A stretch of DNA of 11,116 nt from Candidatus Krumholzibacteriia bacterium (GTDB taxonomy: Bacteria; Krumholzibacteriota; Krumholzibacteriia; WVZY01): the NCBI GenBank assembly GCA_046754105.1, contig JBHHVD010000097.1:1-11116 (forward strand). The letters run 5' to 3'. This document shows positions 6,785 through 11,116 of this stretch, piece after piece. Below the pieces are notes generated by a model. It saw only the letters and a list, made by a program, of their open reading frames with translations, was not told the origin of the DNA and did not search any database. The stretch's first letter is position 1. Each line of letters begins with the position of its first letter. A program made the translations under genes and the position numbers.

Positions 6785-6852
6785 GGTGCGAAAGGATAGA
6801 AAACCGCGGCGGCCGCCGCCGGTCCCCTCCCTGGGCCCCCCTAGTGATGCGA

Positions 6853-7227
6853 TCAGTTGGTCTTCTTCCAGCCGGTGAGATACTCGAGCGCCTGGTCCAC
6901 GTTCGTAAACGTGTTCCAGACTTCGTCGAGCTTTAGCAGGTGAATGACTTCCTCGAACTTGCCGCCCCCGTGCACGACCACCAGTTCCCCACCCGCGGCT
7001 TCCAGGCGCTTGTAGGCACCGATAAGGCTACCCCAGCCGACGCTGTTGATGTAGTTTACCTTGGTGAGGGTCACGATGACCCGAACGCTTTGTCCCAGGA
7101 TGAGGGATTGGAAGAGGTCCTGCAGCTCCTTGCGCTCCTCGCGCTGCACCTGGTGCGAGCGGGTGTAGAGCGGCCCGTGCAGGTCGAGGATCACAATGCC
7201 GTTATGTTCCCGTTGCTCGACTTTCAA
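6853..7227 (-). CDS. STAS-domain anti-sigma factor antagonist (SpoIIAA/RsbV-like)
   Basis: 124 aa from TTG 7227 with SD GAGG upstream: 'MKVEQREHNGIVILDLHG...VIVTLTKVNYINSVGWGSLIGAYKRLEAAGGELVV...VIHLLKLDEVW'. The phospho-acceptor Ser motif (canonical IDSSGLG) is retained. Confidence 0.88.
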   Translation of the reverse strand: MKVEQREHNGIVILDLHGPLYTRSHQVQREERKELQDLFQSLILGQSVRVIVTLTKVNYINSVGWGSLIGAYKRLEAAGGELVVVHGGGKFEEVIHLLKLDEVWNTFTNVDQALEYLTGWKKTN

Positions 7228-7391
7228 CGCCGCCTCGCCGGTACCGGAACGCTCCCCACACCAAAGAGTACGCCCGTTTCTCGTTGTGTGCCAACAAAAA
7301 GAGAGATTGTGCACTTATTCACTTGACCGGTTCCGGGTATTTTTTCAATATTGTATCGAACCAGTAAAGATCACCGATTTGGCTACGATAA

Positions 7392-7442
7392 GTAATCATA
7401 TTGTTACCTAACAGCGCCCCAAACCAGTAACCATATCGTTAC
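7392..7442. promoter_or_regulatory. Two imperfect palindromic operators, probably ArsR autoregulatory sites
   Basis: GTAATCATATTGTTAC (7392-7407) and GTAACCATATCGTTAC (7427-7442) are 14/16 identical and 35 bp apart, in the AT-rich divergent intergenic region. TTGACG follows at 7446-7451. Confidence 0.72.
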
Positions 7443-7501
7443 TTATTGACGGATTTGTTCCAACAGCGCTACATGGTCCGGGGGGAGAGGAGTTCACGGC
7501 C

Positions 7502-7831
7502 ATGGCTATTTCCAATCGAGACGTCTTTCACGCGGTTGCCGACCCGATCCGGCGGGAAATCCTCGAGTTACTAGCGACCCACAACATGCCGGTCCACGAG
7601 TTGGCCGGCCAGTTCAGCGTGAGCCGCCCGGCCATTTCCACCCATCTGAGGGTCCTCCGGGAGGCCGGCCTCGTCGCGGAGCACAAGTCCGGGCGCGAAC
7701 GAGTCTATTCGCTGATTCCAGGGCCGCTGAGGGAGGTCCGGCTGTGGATCGCCTATTTCGATCCGTTCTGGGATCTTCGCCTCAAGCACCTCAAGACGCA
7801 TCCGGACAAGCGCACGGAGCGGGAGCTCTGA
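7502..7831 (+). CDS. ArsR/SmtB family transcriptional regulator
   Basis: 109 aa: 'DVFHAVADPIRREILELL...VHELAGQFSVSRPAISTHLRVLREAGLV...GRERVYSL...LREVRLWI...FW..RL..L'. SD GAGGAG. No Cys. Confidence 0.93.
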   Translation: MAISNRDVFHAVADPIRREILELLATHNMPVHELAGQFSVSRPAISTHLRVLREAGLVAEHKSGRERVYSLIPGPLREVRLWIAYFDPFWDLRLKHLKTHPDKRTEREL

Positions 7832-7882
7832 CCGCCGGCCGCCGGCCCGTTACTACTCCTGCTGGATCTTTCGCAAAAACCC

Positions 7883-7924
7883 TTGACAAATACTTTAGAG
7901 TACTCTATTATCCAGAGTACTCTA
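7883..7924 (+). promoter_or_regulatory. sigma70 promoter with overlapping palindromic operator repeats
   Basis: TTGACA (7883-7888), 17 nt, TATTAT (7906-7911). AGAGTACTCTA occurs at 7897-7907 and 7914-7924. SD GGAGG at 7929-7933. Confidence 0.85.
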
Positions 7925-7940
7925 ATATGGAGGTGAAAAG

Positions 7941-8510
7941 ATGTCGGATTTGAACCATCTGGAATCACAACTCGGCTACGTGCGCGACGCGGCCCGGAAA
8001 TCGGAACGAGGCAACTCCGCGGGGAGCATCTATCTGCTGTGGGCCGCGATCTGCCTGGTGGGTTTTGCGCTGGTGGATTTCGCGCCCGACCGCATCGCCC
8101 TCTTCTGGACGGTGGCCGGTCCGCTGGGCGGTCTGGCGAGCGGTATCCTGGGGTATCGTTTCAGCGTTCGCCGCGGTCAGATGCGCCGAGACCTCGGCGT
8201 GCGTCACGGTCTGCACTGGGCCGGCATGATGGTGGTGATATTCCTGGCCGTGCCACTCGGTGTGACCGGGGCGGCGCCGTGGGAAGCGCTCTACAGGATC
8301 ATCCTGCTGATTCTTGCACTCGCCTACTTTCTGGCGGGCGTCCACCTGGACCGGCCGCTGATCTGGATCGCGCTGCTCATGGTGGCGGGATACCTGTCCC
8401 TGTTTTTCGTTTCCGCATATGGCTGGACACTCGTCGGCATCGTCGTAGCGGCGGGGCTCGCCGCCGCCAGTTTCATCGGAGGGCGGAGCCGTGTCCCGGC
8501 AAGCGAGTGA
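7941..8510 (+). CDS. Hypothetical integral membrane protein (about 6 TM helices)
   Basis: 189 aa with a strong SD and promoter. An amphipathic N-terminal helix is followed by 'GSIYLLWAAI' and about 6 hydrophobic segments, the usual partner architecture for the following winged-helix regulator. Confidence 0.85.
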   Translation: MSDLNHLESQLGYVRDAARKSERGNSAGSIYLLWAAICLVGFALVDFAPDRIALFWTVAGPLGGLASGILGYRFSVRRGQMRRDLGVRHGLHWAGMMVVIFLAVPLGVTGAAPWEALYRIILLILALAYFLAGVHLDRPLIWIALLMVAGYLSLFFVSAYGWTLVGIVVAAGLAAASFIGGRSRVPASE

Positions 8511-8847
8511 AGCGGACGGTCCGTCGTGGGGCGGGATGGACGGTTTTGACAAGCTGCTGGAGCACCGCGTGCGGCTGGCCATCTGCGTGATCCTGGCGCG
8601 AAACGACGCCGTCAACTTTCAACGGCTGAAGACCTTGTTGGCCGAAACCGACGGCTCCCTCGGGGCGCATCTCAAGAAACTCGAAGCGTCGAGTTACCTC
8701 AGGGTCCGCAAGCAGTTTCAGGATCGCAAACCCATTAGCTGGTATCGTCTGACGAAACAGGGTAGGATGGCGTTGGAAACGCACCTCAAGGCCCTGGAGA
8801 GTCTGATCCGTCAGGGGACGCCCGAAGGTGCCAAACCCGGCGCATGA
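8491..8847 (+). CDS. Winged-helix transcriptional regulator (HTH_34 / ArsR-MarR-like)
   Basis: 'FDKLLEHRVRLAICVIL...VNFQRLKTLLAETDGSLGAHLKKLEASSYLRVRKQFQDRKPISWYRLTKQGRMALETHLKALE'. GTG 8491 has GGAGG 8 nt upstream and overlaps the previous gene. ATG 8536 is an alternative start. Confidence 0.9.
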   Translation: MSRQASEADGPSWGGMDGFDKLLEHRVRLAICVILARNDAVNFQRLKTLLAETDGSLGAHLKKLEASSYLRVRKQFQDRKPISWYRLTKQGRMALETHLKALESLIRQGTPEGAKPGA

Positions 8848-8848
8848 G

Positions 8849-8870
8849 GCGGCCCACGGAAACGGGCCGC
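8849..8870 (+). terminator. Hairpin directly after the regulator stop codon
   Basis: GCGGCCC-acggaaac-GGGCCGC, with no U-tract. Confidence 0.4.
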
Positions 8871-8920
8871 TCGCGAACGCGCCGGCCGGCGACACCACGC
8901 ATTGCGATGGAGAACCCGTA

Positions 8921-11032
8921 TTGACGCGCCGCGGCACCCAGCACACGAACGACCCCGGGGGCAACCACCCCCGGGTTTTTGCCACCACGCTCGCTGCGAT
9001 CGCCCTCGTCACCGTGGGTCTCCACATCGGCGGCGCCCTCGCGCTCAGAGACTCGTTCTGGGGCGTCCACTTCTACGCCTTCTTTCATCCCTTTCTTTTG
9101 TGGCTCTCCACCGCGCTCGTGCTCGCGGTCTCGATCGTTCTGGTTTTACGGCCCGAGCGCGCGGGCGCGTGGCTCTCGGAGATCCTCGGGCAAATCCCGC
9201 GGGGCGCCCTCGCAGCCGGCACGACGGCGGCCGGCGCGGGCGCCCTTTTGTGGCTCGCGCGCGCGCGCCACACCTACCTCGGCGACGGCAACGTTCTGGT
9301 GACCAGTGTCCCCGCCGGACAAGCGTTTCACCCCCATCAGCCGCTGACCATGCTCGCCCAGCAGGTGATGTACCGGCTCACCGCCGGGTTCTTTGGCGCC
9401 GGCGAGCGGTCGCGCGACCTGGTGGCGAGCGACGCCGTAGCCCTGGGCAGCGTGATCCTCGGTGTCGTCTTCGCCGTTGTCGTTTGGCGCATCGCGCGCG
9501 AGCTATCGGGGCCGCGGCGCGCCGTAGCACTCCTCGCCGCGGCGGTGCTTCTCGCACAGGGGTACGCGCAGCTCTTCTTTGGTTACGTGGAGAACTACAC
9601 GTTCTACGCGGTGGGCGTCGCACTCTACCTGTGGCTCTCTCTGCGTTACCTGCGCGGGGCCGGGCCGCTCTTGCTGCCCGCGGCTGCGCTCCTGCTGGTG
9701 ATCGCGCTGCACCTTTCCGCCGCCATTCTCATTCCCTCGTTTCTCGTGCTGGCCGTCCACGCGTTCCTGACCCCGGCGAGGCGCTTGCGCGCCGCCCGCG
9801 ACCTGGCGATCGCCGCCGCCGTGCTGGTGGGCGTCGATGTGGCCCTCGCCGCGTGGCAGCCCGGCTACCACTTCATGGCGGAGCTGTTGCGCGTCGCCGG
9901 CATTGCCCTCACCCGCCGGGAGGAAGGCGCACCAGGCTACATGTTGTCGTCGATCCATCTTCGCGATTTTTGGAACGAGCAGTTCCTGATCGGGCCGCTG
10001 GGGATCTTCCTGTTCGTTCCCGCGGTGGTGACGGCGTTTGTGCGGCGGTCCGGGCACAGAGCGCGGCATCTCTTCCTCGTCGTGGCCGGTGCGGCGTACG
10101 TGGGGGCGAGCTGGCTCGCGGGGGATTCCAACCTCGGGTATGCGCGCAACTGGGACCTGCTGGCACCGGGGGCCCTCGTGTATACGGCCGCGGGCCTGGG
10201 GCTCTTTCTTTCGCCGGCAAAGGGGGATGCCCGCCGCGCGGCGGCCGTGCTCTCCTGTGCGCTCGCCGTGTCGCTCTATCATACCGTGCCGTGGATCGCC
10301 ACCAACGCCTTGTTGCAACGGAGTTTCGAACGGCTCAAGACGCTGCCGCTCGGCCTGGGAAGGACCGAAGTGCTGGTCGGCAAGTGGTACAGCTGGCGCG
10401 GCTCGCTCGACGAGGCCGAGGAGTGGTTCGAGAAGGCGATCCAGGTCAACCCGCGCAACAACAACGCCCACTACCTGCTCGGGCTCGTGCACTGGGACAA
10501 GGGCGAGATGTCGGAGGCGGCCGACGCCATCGCGCGCGCCGTGCGCCTTCGTCCCGACAAGCTCTTGTTTCGAGAGCGGCTCGTAACGGCGCTTCGCGCC
10601 GCGGGCAGAAACGAGGACACGCTGCCACACGTCGAGTTCGTACTGGAGCGTAAGCCCGAGGACGTCAACTACTGGATCTACTACGCGGAGACTCTGTACG
10701 ATATGGGCCGCGAGGACGAAGCGGTCGCGGCCTACCGCAAAGCGCTGCCGCTTTTTCAACGGATCTGGGACGGCGAGCCCGAGAGCTTCCGGACCAACTA
10801 CACCTTCGGCATCCTCTACGGCAATCTCGGAGAGCACGAGAAGGCGCTGTCGTATTTCGAGCGGGCGCTAGCGGCGGATCCCCAATCCGGCGACGCGCAC
10901 TACTACGCCGGGCTGACGCTCTACTTCCTCGACCGTCACCGCGAGGCGAACGCGCACTTCCGCCGTTGTCTCGAGATCAACCCCGACCATCCCCACCGGG
11001 AGGATATGGAACAGTGGATAGAGGAAGAGTGA
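8921..11032 (+). CDS. Multi-pass membrane protein (GT-C-like N-terminus) with about 6 C-terminal TPR repeats
   Basis: Likely start is TTG 8921 (SD GGAGA 7 nt upstream, 703 aa); the open frame extends back to 8828. About 12 hydrophobic segments with loops 'YLGDG', 'FHPHQPL', 'FFGYVENY', 'ARNWDL'. TPRs at about 10360-10990, e.g. 'AHYLLGLVHWDKGEMSEAADAIARAVRLRP', 'GDAHYYAGLTLYFLDRHREANAHFRRCLEINP'. Confidence 0.85.
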   Translation: MTRRGTQHTNDPGGNHPRVFATTLAAIALVTVGLHIGGALALRDSFWGVHFYAFFHPFLLWLSTALVLAVSIVLVLRPERAGAWLSEILGQIPRGALAAGTTAAGAGALLWLARARHTYLGDGNVLVTSVPAGQAFHPHQPLTMLAQQVMYRLTAGFFGAGERSRDLVASDAVALGSVILGVVFAVVVWRIARELSGPRRAVALLAAAVLLAQGYAQLFFGYVENYTFYAVGVALYLWLSLRYLRGAGPLLLPAAALLLVIALHLSAAILIPSFLVLAVHAFLTPARRLRAARDLAIAAAVLVGVDVALAAWQPGYHFMAELLRVAGIALTRREEGAPGYMLSSIHLRDFWNEQFLIGPLGIFLFVPAVVTAFVRRSGHRARHLFLVVAGAAYVGASWLAGDSNLGYARNWDLLAPGALVYTAAGLGLFLSPAKGDARRAAAVLSCALAVSLYHTVPWIATNALLQRSFERLKTLPLGLGRTEVLVGKWYSWRGSLDEAEEWFEKAIQVNPRNNNAHYLLGLVHWDKGEMSEAADAIARAVRLRPDKLLFRERLVTALRAAGRNEDTLPHVEFVLERKPEDVNYWIYYAETLYDMGREDEAVAAYRKALPLFQRIWDGEPESFRTNYTFGILYGNLGEHEKALSYFERALAADPQSGDAHYYAGLTLYFLDRHREANAHFRRCLEINPDHPHREDMEQWIEEE

Positions 11033-11038
11033 CCGGTG

Positions 11039-11116
11039 TCACGCCTCTTTATAAACAGCCGCACCGGCGAGAACGGCAAACGGCAGCTCCAACACATTAA
11101 AGAGGAAGCTGGCGGC
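11039..11116 (-). CDS. 3' end of a probable small membrane protein (partial, runs off the window end)
   Basis: The minus frame is open from 11116: AASFLFNVLELPFAVLAGAAVYKEA*. This is a hydrophobic helix ending in 'GAxxYxE'. It converges on the TPR gene with a 6-nt gap and is not in the ORF track. Confidence 0.65.
   Translation of the reverse strand, partial: AASFLFNVLELPFAVLAGAAVYKEA

Noticed and set aside
7228..7314. N-terminal extension of the STAS ORF (similarly 4149-4337 and 8828-8920 for their genes)
   Set aside because: These extensions run through promoter or hairpin sequence. The downstream starts have SD motifs and match domain boundaries.
7890..7925. Short repeats as a CRISPR or mobile-element remnant
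   Set aside because: Only two 11-bp units with a 6-nt gap over a promoter, and no cas or transposase genes; an operator explains them better.

Overview
GC-rich bacterial window made up of envelope and regulatory genes. I found no rRNA, tRNA, CRISPR array, transposase or integrase. A C-terminal 'STWGAIKAMY' motif, an NHL-type propeller and an Ig/Fn3-like secreted domain suggest an uncultured FCB-related lineage (Krumholzibacteriota/Latescibacterota/Eisenbacteria-like; inference only). Gene order: 3' end of a probably secreted protein (+); a GNAT acetyltransferase that looks internally deleted (+); an alginate-export-family outer-membrane beta-barrel (-); a 6-bladed beta-propeller that seems to lack its N-terminus (-); an ORF-free interval with a sigma54-like promoter, structured RNA candidate and strong terminator (-); a small secreted Ig/Fn3-like protein with a consensus sigma54 promoter, flanked by a 19-bp imperfect inverted repeat (-); a GT-C (ArnT/PMT-like) glycosyltransferase fused to a TolB-like PD40 propeller (-); a STAS anti-anti-sigma factor (-); an ArsR regulator with two palindromic operators (+); a membrane protein plus winged-helix regulator operon with a clear promoter/operator (+); a multi-pass GT-C-like protein with C-terminal TPRs (+); and the 3' end of a small membrane protein (-). 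All calls come from reading motifs by eye; no searches were run.
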